A stretch of DNA of 49,897 nt from NCBI GenBank assembly GCA_964540295.1, contig CAZIMT010000001.1, positions 15,913 through 65,809 on the forward strand, written 5' to 3'. The stretch is from an uncultured Phycisphaeraceae bacterium (GTDB taxonomy: Bacteria > Planctomycetota > Phycisphaerae > Phycisphaerales > UBA1924). The translations under genes and the position numbers were made by a program. Shown one piece after another: positions 31,727 through 40,829 of the stretch. Position 1 is the stretch's first letter. Every line of letters starts with the position of its first letter. The notes under the pieces are model-generated. The model was not told where the DNA came from. It worked only from the letters and a program-made list of their open reading frames with translations, and searched no databases.

Positions 31727-32407
31727 GTGCCAGGCCTACTCGATGAACGAGCTTCTTATCAAACTTCGGAGTTCGCACCGCTCGTGAGCGATCTTTTCTA
31801 CCAAATTATCCGCACGCTCGGCACGCCCGCCTTCTGGGTGAGCAGCTCGCCAGTGGTCCTCGGCCTCGAGAACCTGCCGCGGCAAGGCCCCTTCATCCTC
31901 GCGGCGAGTCACACCTCGCCCTACGACGTGCCGTTGCTTATCCGGCACTCACCCCGCCCGCTCGACTTTGTAAGCATCGTTGAGGTCTTTCGTAACCCGC
32001 TCGTCGCGTGGTTCTACGGCTCGCTCAACGCGTTCCCGCTCGACCGAGGCCGGGCCGATTCCAAGACGGTGCGCGTGATCCTCGATCGCCTCGGCCGCGG
32101 GCGCGTCGTCGCGATGTTCCCCGAGGGCGGCTTCCGTCGCGGCGCCGATTCCGTGTTTGTCTCTCGAAAAATCAAGCCCGGGACCGCCCGACTCGCGGCC
32201 ATCGCCGCGGTCCCGATCGTCCCCTGCGTCATCATCAACTCCGAGGCCTACTCACGCATCGCAAGCTGGCTCCCGCTCCGTCGCACGCGTTACGGCCTGA
32301 TCTTCGGCCCGCCGCTCGCCGCGCGCGATGACCCCGCGCTCGTCGAGTCCATGCTTGTCGATGCGCTGCTCGCGCTCCACGACCGTCTCACTCAGGAACT
32401 CAAGTAG
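31727..32407 (+). CDS. PlsC-family acyltransferase
   Basis: ASHTSPYDVPLL is a canonical HX4D. FPEGGFRRG and VPIVPCVI are present. The start is GTG 31727, with GTG 31784 as an alternative. Confidence 0.8.
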   Translation: MPGLLDERASYQTSEFAPLVSDLFYQIIRTLGTPAFWVSSSPVVLGLENLPRQGPFILAASHTSPYDVPLLIRHSPRPLDFVSIVEVFRNPLVAWFYGSLNAFPLDRGRADSKTVRVILDRLGRGRVVAMFPEGGFRRGADSVFVSRKIKPGTARLAAIAAVPIVPCVIINSEAYSRIASWLPLRRTRYGLIFGPPLAARDDPALVESMLVDALLALHDRLTQELK

Positions 32408-32416
32408 GATCTGCCT

Positions 32417-32770
32417 ATGGCCGGACTCTTCGACGGAACAAACCTGCAACGCCCCGTGACTTGCGAGCTCTGCGGCACACCGCTCGAACGCTGCAAATGT
32501 CCGCGCAACACCGCCGGTAAGCTCACGCCCCCCAAGCTCCAGCTCGCGCGCGTGCGCCGCGAGAAGCGGCGCGGCAAGCTCGTCACCGTGATCGCGGGCC
32601 TCGACCCCGCCGCGACCGATCTCCCCGCATTGCTCAAAGAACTCCGCACCACGCTCGGCACCGGCGGCACGATCGCCCAGAACGAGATCGAAGTCCAGGG
32701 CGACCACCGCGAGAAGATTCTCGCCAATCTCATCGCGAAGGGTTATCCAGCCAAGGGCTCGGGCGGATGA
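32417..32770 (+). CDS. yciH: SUI1/YciH-family translation initiation factor-like protein
   Basis: A 117-aa protein. RREKRRGKLVTVIAGL...LKELRTTLGTGGTIAQNEIEVQGDHREKILANLIAKGY matches the SUI1 domain pattern. Confidence 0.85.
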   Translation: MAGLFDGTNLQRPVTCELCGTPLERCKCPRNTAGKLTPPKLQLARVRREKRRGKLVTVIAGLDPAATDLPALLKELRTTLGTGGTIAQNEIEVQGDHREKILANLIAKGYPAKGSGG

Positions 32771-32794
32771 AGTGAGCACGATCGAAAGCTGCCA

Positions 32795-35700
32795 TCAGCT
32801 GCGCCGGGCCGTCATCCCGCGCCACACGCTGACCAGAACGATGGAGATCGGCAGCATCGCGAGCCACGCGAACCCCGAGCTCGATCCCTCCGCCTGCGCG
32901 TTCGCTTCAACAGCCTTGGTCGGCGTGTGAGACGCTTCGACCACTGCCTTTGGCGATCCCTTCAGCGTCCTCAAGTACGCCACCACGTCGCGTACCTCGC
33001 GCGCAGAAAGGAACTGAGCCATCGGCAGCATCGTCGACACCGCGCCGTACCCGGGCGCGACGACCGCGTTAGGTTCCACGATCGACTCGACGAGCTTGTC
33101 CGCCGTCAATCTCGACGCCACCGCCGACAGATTCGGCCCCGCGTTGCCGCCCGTATCCCCGACCACGTGGCACCGCACGCACTCGGCCGACCCGTGATGC
33201 AGGAAAATCTCTCGTCCAAGAAATGCATCACCACCGTTGCGCAGCAGCCCGCCGCTGTACCCCGCGGGGCGATTGGGTGCCACACCGAACGGCGCGACCG
33301 CACGCCGCGTCTCCGACTCGGCTGGCAACTTCATCGCCGCCTCGTACACGTCCAGCGCCACCGCCCCGCCCAGCAGCCCGGCTTGCAACCGGTCCGTCAG
33401 CGCCGACAGCGCGTGACCGGCCTCGGGCGTCGAGATCGATCCAAGAATCTTCACCGCACGTTGCCGATCAACAACATCACCAGATCCCGCCGATTTGGCG
33501 AGAAACTCCACCGCCTCGGCCGGGCTGGACTTCGCAAGAATCTCCTCGGCCTTGCCGCGCAACACTCCGCGAGTGTCCGTGCTCAAGAGCGCCTTGGACG
33601 ATGAGGCCGCCGCTTCGGGCGAGCGCCGCGACAACTCATCCAGCAGCGCCACACGGTCGTCCGAAGCGATCTTGTCGTCAAGAATCTGCGCCGACACGTC
33701 CGCCACCGTCGACGCGTGCCGCGCTTGCAGACGCCGGGCCCGCGCCAGCACCCCCGGCATTTCCTTCGCCGATTCGAGCACCGCCTCGATCCGCGACTTC
33801 ACCGCGTCCGCCGCCGCCGCGACCGATCGGCCCGGCAGATTGGCCCAGTTCCCCCACACGCCCTCACGCTTTAAGGGACGATCCCACGCTTCGACCACGT
33901 CCAGCGCGAGCTCTCGCCATTCCGGCGCGATCTCGGCCCGGGCCGCGAATGCGACCAACCGCGCCGCGCACTCGTCGGTCCCAACCAGCACGTTCGCCTC
34001 GATCGCACGCCGGAGCAACGGCTCGATCGCACGCTCCACCTCGATCGGCTTGTCAAGCAAGCTCGCGAGCACGGTCATCCCTGACTTAACCCGATTGTCG
34101 TACACCGCGCGAGCCGCTTCCACGGCCACCGTCGCGTCCGCGTCATTCAAGAACCGACCGACCGCCTCGTGGTTCAACCGGCGCAACACCACCACCGCGC
34201 CAAGCCGCCCCGCCGCGTTCAAACCGCTGGCCCGGCTCGCGATCGCATCCGCCACTCCCGCGCTGCGCTCGCCGATCATCGTCAACGCGTAGACCAGCCC
34301 GTTCCCCAGCACGAGATCCGCGTTGTTGTTCTTCTCCAGCGCCGCGAGCAGAACCTCGACCGACGAAGAGTTTCCAAGCTTTCCGAGCGCGATCGCCGCG
34401 TACATCCGCGTCCGTTCCGAGAGATCCTCCAGCAAAGACACGTACCGGGCCGAGCCCGCCGTGGATTCCTTGCCACCGACATCGCCCAGAACTTTCAACG
34501 CCTGGGCGCGAACCTCCGTGTCACCATCGTCCAGCAGGCTCCGCAAGGCCGCAGCCGCGGAATCATCAGCCCGCGCGATCTGTCCGAGCGCCCACATCGC
34601 GTGCACGCGCTTCACGATCCTGGCCTCTTTCGAACTCGCGATCGCTGCCAACCGATCGACCACCGCGTGCCCGCGCTTGGCCAGCTCGTACTGCGCTTCA
34701 AGCCGCGCGCGCTGATCGCGGTGCCCCAACAATTCAAGCAACTCCGCCTCCGGCCTCGAGGCGAACCCGGCCTTGAACATCGCCCGCACCTGCTGGATCG
34801 CGGCCGCCTCGCCAGCGTCCGCGTGTACCGATTTGTTCGTGATCGTGAAAACGTTCCCGTTAGGGTTGGGCTGCCACCCGCCGCCCCAGTCGCTCAGGTA
34901 CAGCCGCCCGTCGTACCCCCACGCGATGTCCGTGACCGTCGTCCCGCGATAAAACTCCTGGTGATCGGCGAGCGTGAACCCGGCCCCGCGCGGCACGCAG
35001 CGGAACGAGTGCACCTTCGCCCCTGAACCATAGAAATCCACGAGAAAAAGGCACCCGTCGTACGCGCGCGACTCGCCCGTCCCGGGGTACAACGCCATGC
35101 CCGATGGCCCGTCGCCCAGGTACTCCACCGGCGGCAGCGACCACGCTGGCCGGGCCGGGCCCGACACGTCCTTGAGCGTCTTCCACATCGCTTCACGGTT
35201 CCAAGGCCCGCGCGACGGCAGCGACTGCACGTCCTGCCGCCAGCCCGAATCGCCGCCCTCGACCACGTGTACCACTCGCGCCCGATCGCCCGAATCGCAG
35301 TTGTTGTCGCCGGTGAACAGCTCGCCCATCTCGTCAAACGCTAGCTCCTGCGGGTTCCGCAGCCCGTCGTAGAAAAGCTCGAGCCCCGTGCCGTCGGGCC
35401 AGCACCGGAAGACCCCGCCGCGATCAGAACCCACCAGGTGCTTGCCCTCTTTGGTGGTCACGTTGTACCCGCGATCGCCCATCGAAAAATAAATCCGCCC
35501 GTCAGGGCCGTTCACCAGCCCGTGCAGGTCGTGGCCGTAAAAGCACCAGCGCACGCCGTACCCGAAGGACAAGCTGTCGCGTGTTTGCGCCACAAAGGGA
35601 TCCGCCCCCGGCTTGAGCGCCCACAAGTTGGGGATGCAGGTGTAGTACAGCGTCTCGTTGCGCCACAGCACGCCCGCGCCGATCCCGTCTAACTCGTTGT

Positions 35701-36238
35701 TGAACCCGCCCGCGAAGACCCCCGCCCAGTCCGCCACGCCCTTGCCAGCGGTGTCGCGCAGCACGCGCACACGCTCCTCGGTCTTGCTGAAATAATCTGG
35801 CGCGAACGCGCCCTGCGCAACCCACCGCTTGATCTGGGCCCGGCGGTCCTCCACCGATTTCATCTGCAGGTCTTCTTCCACCGCGTTCAGGTGCCCGATC
35901 TGCCTCGTATCCTGCACCGCGTTCCCCGCCCGGTCCGATTCCGCAACGTACACGTTCCCCTGCCAATCCAGCGTCAACGACACCGGGTTCCTCGTCATCC
36001 CCTTCGCGGCCCACGGCGTCGCCACGCGCTCCTGCCCGTCCTTCACAAACGTGGGGGGGTCGGCCAGCGCCGTCCCCGAAAGAGCGAGCCCCGAGACAGC
36101 GAGCCCAGATAGCGCCAGGGGCACCCCGATCGACCAGCGCGTGCGCTCGCCTGCGCGCCCGGGAATTGTTGAAAACAATCCACAAGCGAATTGCCCGACA
36201 GCCCGGGCCACAAGATGACCGATGAAATGATGGCTCAT
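32795..36238 (-). CDS. PVC-type heme-binding CxxCH protein (dehydrogenase-like beta-propeller, HEAT repeats and a cytochrome c domain)
   Basis: ATG 36238 (MSHHFIGH...) lies inside ORF 32795..36691; the upstream part of that ORF would overlap gnd. The architecture is an N-terminal signal, a propeller-like region (FYGHDLHGLVNGPDGRIYFSMGDRG, DGRLYLSDWGGG) and HEAT-like repeats. A C-terminal cytochrome c motif follows: SAECVRCHVV (CVRCH at 33167-33181, minus strand) ...GPNLS. It ends in a terminal TM segment plus the basic tail WRGMTARRS. Confidence 0.85.
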   Translation of the reverse strand: MSHHFIGHLVARAVGQFACGLFSTIPGRAGERTRWSIGVPLALSGLAVSGLALSGTALADPPTFVKDGQERVATPWAAKGMTRNPVSLTLDWQGNVYVAESDRAGNAVQDTRQIGHLNAVEEDLQMKSVEDRRAQIKRWVAQGAFAPDYFSKTEERVRVLRDTAGKGVADWAGVFAGGFNNELDGIGAGVLWRNETLYYTCIPNLWALKPGADPFVAQTRDSLSFGYGVRWCFYGHDLHGLVNGPDGRIYFSMGDRGYNVTTKEGKHLVGSDRGGVFRCWPDGTGLELFYDGLRNPQELAFDEMGELFTGDNNCDSGDRARVVHVVEGGDSGWRQDVQSLPSRGPWNREAMWKTLKDVSGPARPAWSLPPVEYLGDGPSGMALYPGTGESRAYDGCLFLVDFYGSGAKVHSFRCVPRGAGFTLADHQEFYRGTTVTDIAWGYDGRLYLSDWGGGWQPNPNGNVFTITNKSVHADAGEAAAIQQVRAMFKAGFASRPEAELLELLGHRDQRARLEAQYELAKRGHAVVDRLAAIASSKEARIVKRVHAMWALGQIARADDSAAAALRSLLDDGDTEVRAQALKVLGDVGGKESTAGSARYVSLLEDLSERTRMYAAIALGKLGNSSSVEVLLAALEKNNNADLVLGNGLVYALTMIGERSAGVADAIASRASGLNAAGRLGAVVVLRRLNHEAVGRFLNDADATVAVEAARAVYDNRVKSGMTVLASLLDKPIEVERAIEPLLRRAIEANVLVGTDECAARLVAFAARAEIAPEWRELALDVVEAWDRPLKREGVWGNWANLPGRSVAAAADAVKSRIEAVLESAKEMPGVLARARRLQARHASTVADVSAQILDDKIASDDRVALLDELSRRSPEAAASSSKALLSTDTRGVLRGKAEEILAKSSPAEAVEFLAKSAGSGDVVDRQRAVKILGSISTPEAGHALSALTDRLQAGLLGGAVALDVYEAAMKLPAESETRRAVAPFGVAPNRPAGYSGGLLRNGGDAFLGREIFLHHGSAECVRCHVVGDTGGNAGPNLSAVASRLTADKLVESIVEPNAVVAPGYGAVSTMLPMAQFLSAREVRDVVAYLRTLKGSPKAVVEASHTPTKAVEANAQAEGSSSGFAWLAMLPISIVLVSVWRGMTARRS

Positions 36239-36401
36239 GCTTCGAAAAGTGTACGACTTGCAATCTCCGCCCCGCACGCTGCCGTCCGGGTATTCTTGAC
36301 CACTCGCGCTAGCGCAAGATTCAGCCCGGTAACGGATCGCTCCGGACACCATCGAACCGCACGAGGCCCGGCACTCGGGCCCACACTTGGGAGTTTCACG
36401 A

Positions 36402-37316
36402 ATGGAAATCGGAATCATTGGCCTCGGAAAAATGGGCGCGAACATGGCCGAACGTCTGGCCCGCGGCAAGCACCGCGTCGTCGCCTTTGACCGCACCCCC
36501 GCGGCCGTCGCCGACGCCAAAGCTCGCGGGGCCGTGCCCGCCAACTCCTTCGACGAACTCATCGGCCAGCTCAAGAGCCCCCGCGCCGTGTGGATGATGA
36601 TCCCCTCCGGAGCTCCCGTCGATTCCACCATCGCCGAACTGCTCCCCAAGATGTCCAAGGGCGACACCTTCATCGACGGCGGGAACTCCAACTACCAAGA
36701 CTCCATCCGCCGTGGCAAAGACCTAAAGGCCAAGGGCTTCAACTACATCGACGTCGGCACCAGCGGCGGGATCTGGGGCCTGAAAGAAGGCTACAGCCTT
36801 ATGATCGGCGGCGAAAATGATGCCGTTGATCGCCTCCGCCCAGTCTTTGAAACACTCGCACCCTCACCCACCACCGGCTGGGGGCACGTCGGCCCGAGCG
36901 GCGCGGGGCACTTTGTGAAGATGGTCCACAACGGCATCGAGTACGGCATGATGCAGGCCTATGCCGAGGGCTTCGCGATCATGAACAAAAAAACCGAACT
37001 CAAGCTCGACCTGACCCAGATCTCGCAGATCTGGCAAGTCGGCAGCGTGGTCCGCTCGTGGCTTCTCGATCTCACGGTCGCCGCCCTCAAAGCCAACCCG
37101 ACCCTCGAAGGCATCAAGCCGATCGTTTCGGATTCTGGCGAAGGCCGCTGGACGGCTAAGGAAGCCATCGACCTCGGTGTCGCCGCGCCCGTCATCTCGC
37201 TCGCGCTCCAGGCTCGCTTCATGTCACAAGACGATAACTCGTACTCCGACCGCATGCTCGCGGTCATGCGCAACCAGTTCGGCGGCCACGCCGTCACCAA
37301 AGGCCCGGGGCACTAA
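36402..37316 (+). CDS. gnd: 6-phosphogluconate dehydrogenase, decarboxylating (short form)
   Basis: [19 protein letters not shown] is the NAD(P) fold. Also present are [19 protein letters not shown] and [27 protein letters not shown] 36402 lies inside the ORF that starts at TTG 36387. Confidence 0.9.
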   Translation: MEIGIIGLGKMGANMAERLARGKHRVVAFDRTPAAVADAKARGAVPANSFDELIGQLKSPRAVWMMIPSGAPVDSTIAELLPKMSKGDTFIDGGNSNYQDSIRRGKDLKAKGFNYIDVGTSGGIWGLKEGYSLMIGGENDAVDRLRPVFETLAPSPTTGWGHVGPSGAGHFVKMVHNGIEYGMMQAYAEGFAIMNKKTELKLDLTQISQIWQVGSVVRSWLLDLTVAALKANPTLEGIKPIVSDSGEGRWTAKEAIDLGVAAPVISLALQARFMSQDDNSYSDRMLAVMRNQFGGHAVTKGPGH

Positions 37317-37324
37317 GCACAATC

Positions 37325-38779
37325 ATGACCAATAGCCACGCCCAACCACATCTTCTCATGGTCTTCGGCGCAACCGGCGACCTGGCCCACCGCAAGGTTC
37401 TCCCGGCGCTGTACCGACTCGCCAGCGACCCGCGCCAGGCCGAGCCGCACGCGATCCTGGGTGTCGCTCGCGCCAAACTCACCGACGCCGAGTACCGAGC
37501 CCAGGCCTGCGCAGCCCTCGTCGCCTCCGGCATCGACCAGGCCGGGGCTCAACGCTGGTGCGACACTCGCCTCTCCTTCCAATCTTTGGGCGACTCTTCG
37601 CCAGCCGCGTACCGCGAGCTGGGCGCACGCATCCAGAGGATCGAGGCCGAGCGAAAGCTCCCCGGCAACCGCGCTTTCTACCTCGCTCTCCCGCTCCCGG
37701 CCTTCGCACCGACCGTGCAATCACTCGGCGATGCAGGCCTGAACAAGAGTGCCGGCTGGACTCGTCTGGTCATCGAGAAGCCCTTCGGCAACGACCTCGA
37801 ATCCGCCAAGGCCTTGAACACGCTCATCCACAAGTTCTACGAAGAGTCCAGCGTCTACCGCCTCGACCACTACCTCGGCAAAGAGAGCGTTCAGAACCTG
37901 CTCGCGTTCCGCTTCGGCAACGCCCTGTGGGAGCCGCTCTGGAACCGCGACCGCGTCGAAAAGGTCGAGATCACCGTCGCCGAGTCCATCGGCATCGAAG
38001 GCCGCGGCGCGTTCTACGAAGGCGCCGGTGCCCTTCGCGATTTCATCCAGAACCACATCACGCAGTTGCTGTGCCTGACCGCCATGGAACCGCCCGCCGC
38101 TCTCGAAGCCGACCAGATCGCCAACGAGAAAATCAAAGTCCTTCGCGCCATCCGCCCCATCACGCCCGAGCACGTCGTCTATGGCCAATACGCCGCCGCA
38201 AAGTCCAACGGCGAACAACTCAAGTCCTACCGCCAGGAAGCTGGCGTCGCGCCCGGCTCCGACGTCGAGACCTATGCGGCCGTGCGCCTGCAGATCAACA
38301 ACTGGCGCTGGCAGGGCGTCCCGTTCTACATCCGCACCGGCAAGCGCCTGCCGCGCCGCGTCTCGCGCATCGTCATCAGCTTCCGCTGCCCGCCCGTTTC
38401 GGTCTTCCATCCCTACGACGCCTGCCTTTTGCAGAGCAACCGCCTCGAAATCACGCTCCAGCCCAACGAGGGCTTCAACCTCAGTTTCGAAGTAAAAAAG
38501 CCCGGGTCGGCCATGGAAGTGCAGACTCAGCAGATGCGCTTCCGCTACGCCGAGGTCTTCGGCCCGCTCCCCGACGCTTACGAAACCTTGCTCATGGACG
38601 TTCTTCGAGGCGACCGCACGCTCTTCGTCCGCTCCGACGAGATCGAGGCCTCGTGGGAGCTCTACGACCCGCTCCTCAAACTTCGCCCTGCTGTCCGCCC
38701 CTACGCCGCTGGCTGCTGGGGCCCGCCCGAGGCCGACGCCCTGCTCAGCGAGTGGGGCACGACGTGGACGAACCTGTGA
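37325..38779 (+). CDS. zwf: Glucose-6-phosphate 1-dehydrogenase
   Basis: [33 protein letters not shown] and [11 protein letters not shown] are classic Zwf motifs. Confidence 0.95.
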   Translation: MTNSHAQPHLLMVFGATGDLAHRKVLPALYRLASDPRQAEPHAILGVARAKLTDAEYRAQACAALVASGIDQAGAQRWCDTRLSFQSLGDSSPAAYRELGARIQRIEAERKLPGNRAFYLALPLPAFAPTVQSLGDAGLNKSAGWTRLVIEKPFGNDLESAKALNTLIHKFYEESSVYRLDHYLGKESVQNLLAFRFGNALWEPLWNRDRVEKVEITVAESIGIEGRGAFYEGAGALRDFIQNHITQLLCLTAMEPPAALEADQIANEKIKVLRAIRPITPEHVVYGQYAAAKSNGEQLKSYRQEAGVAPGSDVETYAAVRLQINNWRWQGVPFYIRTGKRLPRRVSRIVISFRCPPVSVFHPYDACLLQSNRLEITLQPNEGFNLSFEVKKPGSAMEVQTQQMRFRYAEVFGPLPDAYETLLMDVLRGDRTLFVRSDEIEASWELYDPLLKLRPAVRPYAAGCWGPPEADALLSEWGTTWTNL

Positions 38780-39525
38780 ACGCGGCACGCCGACTGTTCA
38801 TCCACACATATCCGACCGCAAACGACACCGTCCACGGCGTCGCCAACCGCATCGCCGCGCTCGCGCAGCGCGCTATCGCCAAACGCGGTTTCTTCTCACT
38901 CGCTCTCGCTGGCGGCAGCACCCCGAAAGCGCTCTACACCCTCCTCGCGCGCGATTTTCAAACCTTGATCGACTGGCCCAAAGTCCACGTGTGGTGGAGC
39001 GACGAACGCTGCGTCTCGCTCGACCACCTCGACAGCAACACGCGCATGGCCCGCGAGTCGCTCTTGGCGAACGTGCCGATCTCAGAGTCCAACATCCACA
39101 CCATCCGCACCGAGCTCGGCGCCGAACGTGCCGCCGTCGATTATGAAGCCCAGCTTCGGGCCTTGGACCCGCAGGCACCATTGGACGTCACGCTGCTGGG
39201 CATGGGGACCGACGGTCATACCGCGTCACTCTTCCCCGGCGGGTCCGCGATACACGAGAATCTTCGCTGGGTGGTCGCTGCGGAGGCACCCCCAAAGTCC
39301 CCGATCAAAGAACGTATCACCTTCACCGTGCCGCTCATCGAGTCGAGTCAATCGGTCGTGTTCCTGGTCGTCGGTCCCGAAAAGCAACGGTTGGTTCAAC
39401 ACGTTCTCAGCGATCCGTTCGGCGAAGTGGAGACGAGGCCGCCCCTCCCAGTTCAGCACCTCCGGGCCGCGGCCTTGGTCGAATGGTTTCTCGACGCCGA
39501 GGCCGCCGGTTCGGTCCGCCCATAA
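38776..39525 (+). CDS. pgl: 6-phosphogluconolactonase
   Basis: GTG 38776 overlaps the zwf stop (GTGA) and is in frame with the 3' end of track ORF 37558..39525. The motifs are [24 protein letters not shown] and [16 protein letters not shown]. Confidence 0.85.
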   Translation: MNAARRLFIHTYPTANDTVHGVANRIAALAQRAIAKRGFFSLALAGGSTPKALYTLLARDFQTLIDWPKVHVWWSDERCVSLDHLDSNTRMARESLLANVPISESNIHTIRTELGAERAAVDYEAQLRALDPQAPLDVTLLGMGTDGHTASLFPGGSAIHENLRWVVAAEAPPKSPIKERITFTVPLIESSQSVVFLVVGPEKQRLVQHVLSDPFGEVETRPPLPVQHLRAAALVEWFLDAEAAGSVRP

Positions 39526-39611
39526 GTCCGCCGAGCGATTGTTCAGTACCAAAATCCTGAAGGACCGTGTATGCTGTTCGGGCGTGCGCCACGCCCGCAA
39601 AGGATCCTCAC

Positions 39612-40814
39612 ATGCCCCCCCACTCGCTCACCGCCACGCTCCGCCGCCTGACCTCCCTCGCCCTTCTCGCCGCGTTCCTCACGCAAGCACCTTCCGCCTC
39701 CGCCCAGATCAATCGCCTTGGCGTCCTGGGCGACAGCCTCAGCGATGAGTACGCCGAGCAGTCCTACTCCTACGCCAAAAACTGGACTATGCAGCTCGTG
39801 CTCTATCGCGGCGTGAACCTCGGCCCGACCGCCGCCGCCGCGGGCCAGGCTGGCGGCACCTGGGGCGAGCCACGCCGCACTCGCTATCAGACCAACTGGG
39901 CTCGCTACGGCGCGGACAGCTCCACGCTCCTCTCCCAAGGCCAGCACACCGGCGTCGCGGCCCAGGTCAGCACCGCTGGCGTCACGCAGGCCGTCCTCGC
40001 CATCGGAGCCAACGACTTCGCGCCCGCCCTCGGCGGCGCGTATTTCAATATCTACAACGCCCTCTGGTCCAACTCCCAGATCGATTCCTACGTCGCGGGC
40101 CGAATCGCCAACATTCAGACCGTCGTCAACACGCTCCGCTCAACCGGCTGCGGGCTCGTCCTCGCCAGCTTCCCCGACTACGGCGTCGCGCCCGCCACCT
40201 GGATGAGCATCTTCTTTAGCAACGCCACCAAACGCGAACGCGTCTCGGCCGTCATCCGCCGCGTCAACACCGGCGTCCGCGGCATTGCCCAGACCGAACG
40301 ATGCCTCTATGCCGACCTGAACGGCCTCGGAATCGCCATCTTCGGCACCAACGGCGCGCCGCGTCAGTTCCTCAAAATGGGCAACCAGAGCATCCAGCTC
40401 TGGGTCGCCGACACCGCCTCCAACAGCAACCCGCTGGCTGGCACGGTGGACGACGGCGTACACCCGCACACCACGCTGCAAGGCCTCTTTTCCAACGTGA
40501 TGATGACCGCTCTCAACCTCGGCTTCGGCGCGAGCCTCGTTCCCTTCACCGAGACCGAGATGCTCCAGCACGCCGGGCTGGCCTACGGCGGCTCCGACAC
40601 CCTCGAAGCCCAGATCGGCCGGACCGAAGACTTTGTCACCAACTTCCGCTGCCAGGCCGACTATGACAAAGACGGCTTCCTCACCGGCGACGACTTCGAC
40701 CGCTACATCAGCGATTTCGAGGCTGGCAAGAAGTCCGCAGACTTCAACGGCGACGGCTTCGTCACCGGCGAAGATTTCGACGACTTCGTCAACGATTTCC
40801 AGATGGGGTGCTGA
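39612..40814 (+). CDS. Secreted SGNH/GDSL-family hydrolase with a C-terminal dockerin/EF-hand-like repeat pair ending in Gly-Cys
   Basis: ATG 39612 lies inside ORF 39567..40814. The signal peptide is LTSLALLAAFLTQAPSASAQ. LGVLGDSLSDEY is GDSL block I, AIGANDF is block III, and DDGVHP is the block V DxxH. The C-terminus (40650-40811) is DYDKDGFLTGDDFDRYISDF...DFNGDGFVTGEDFDDFVNDFQMGC. Confidence 0.75.
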   Translation: MPPHSLTATLRRLTSLALLAAFLTQAPSASAQINRLGVLGDSLSDEYAEQSYSYAKNWTMQLVLYRGVNLGPTAAAAGQAGGTWGEPRRTRYQTNWARYGADSSTLLSQGQHTGVAAQVSTAGVTQAVLAIGANDFAPALGGAYFNIYNALWSNSQIDSYVAGRIANIQTVVNTLRSTGCGLVLASFPDYGVAPATWMSIFFSNATKRERVSAVIRRVNTGVRGIAQTERCLYADLNGLGIAIFGTNGAPRQFLKMGNQSIQLWVADTASNSNPLAGTVDDGVHPHTTLQGLFSNVMMTALNLGFGASLVPFTETEMLQHAGLAYGGSDTLEAQIGRTEDFVTNFRCQADYDKDGFLTGDDFDRYISDFEAGKKSADFNGDGFVTGEDFDDFVNDFQMGC

Positions 40815-40829
40815 TCGATTCGAGCGTGT

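Noticed and set aside
36239-36691. N-terminal 151 codons of ORF 32795..36691
   Set aside because: This extension would overlap the gnd gene on the opposite strand and has no signal-peptide logic. The ATG at 36238 gives a sensible N-terminus followed by a hydrophobic signal.
37558-38775. 5' two-thirds of the 655-aa ORF 37558..39525
   Set aside because: It overlaps zwf in another frame and translates to Arg/Pro-rich low-complexity sequence. Only the 3' part from GTG 38776 (pgl) has family motifs.
37721-38788. 355-aa minus-strand ORF
   Set aside because: It is antisense to zwf, which is unambiguous.
39579-39597. Perfect 8-bp GC hairpin (CGGGCGTG-CGC-CACGCCCG) after pgl
   Set aside because: No U-tract follows, and it lies only 15 nt before the next start codon. 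I cannot call it an intrinsic terminator.
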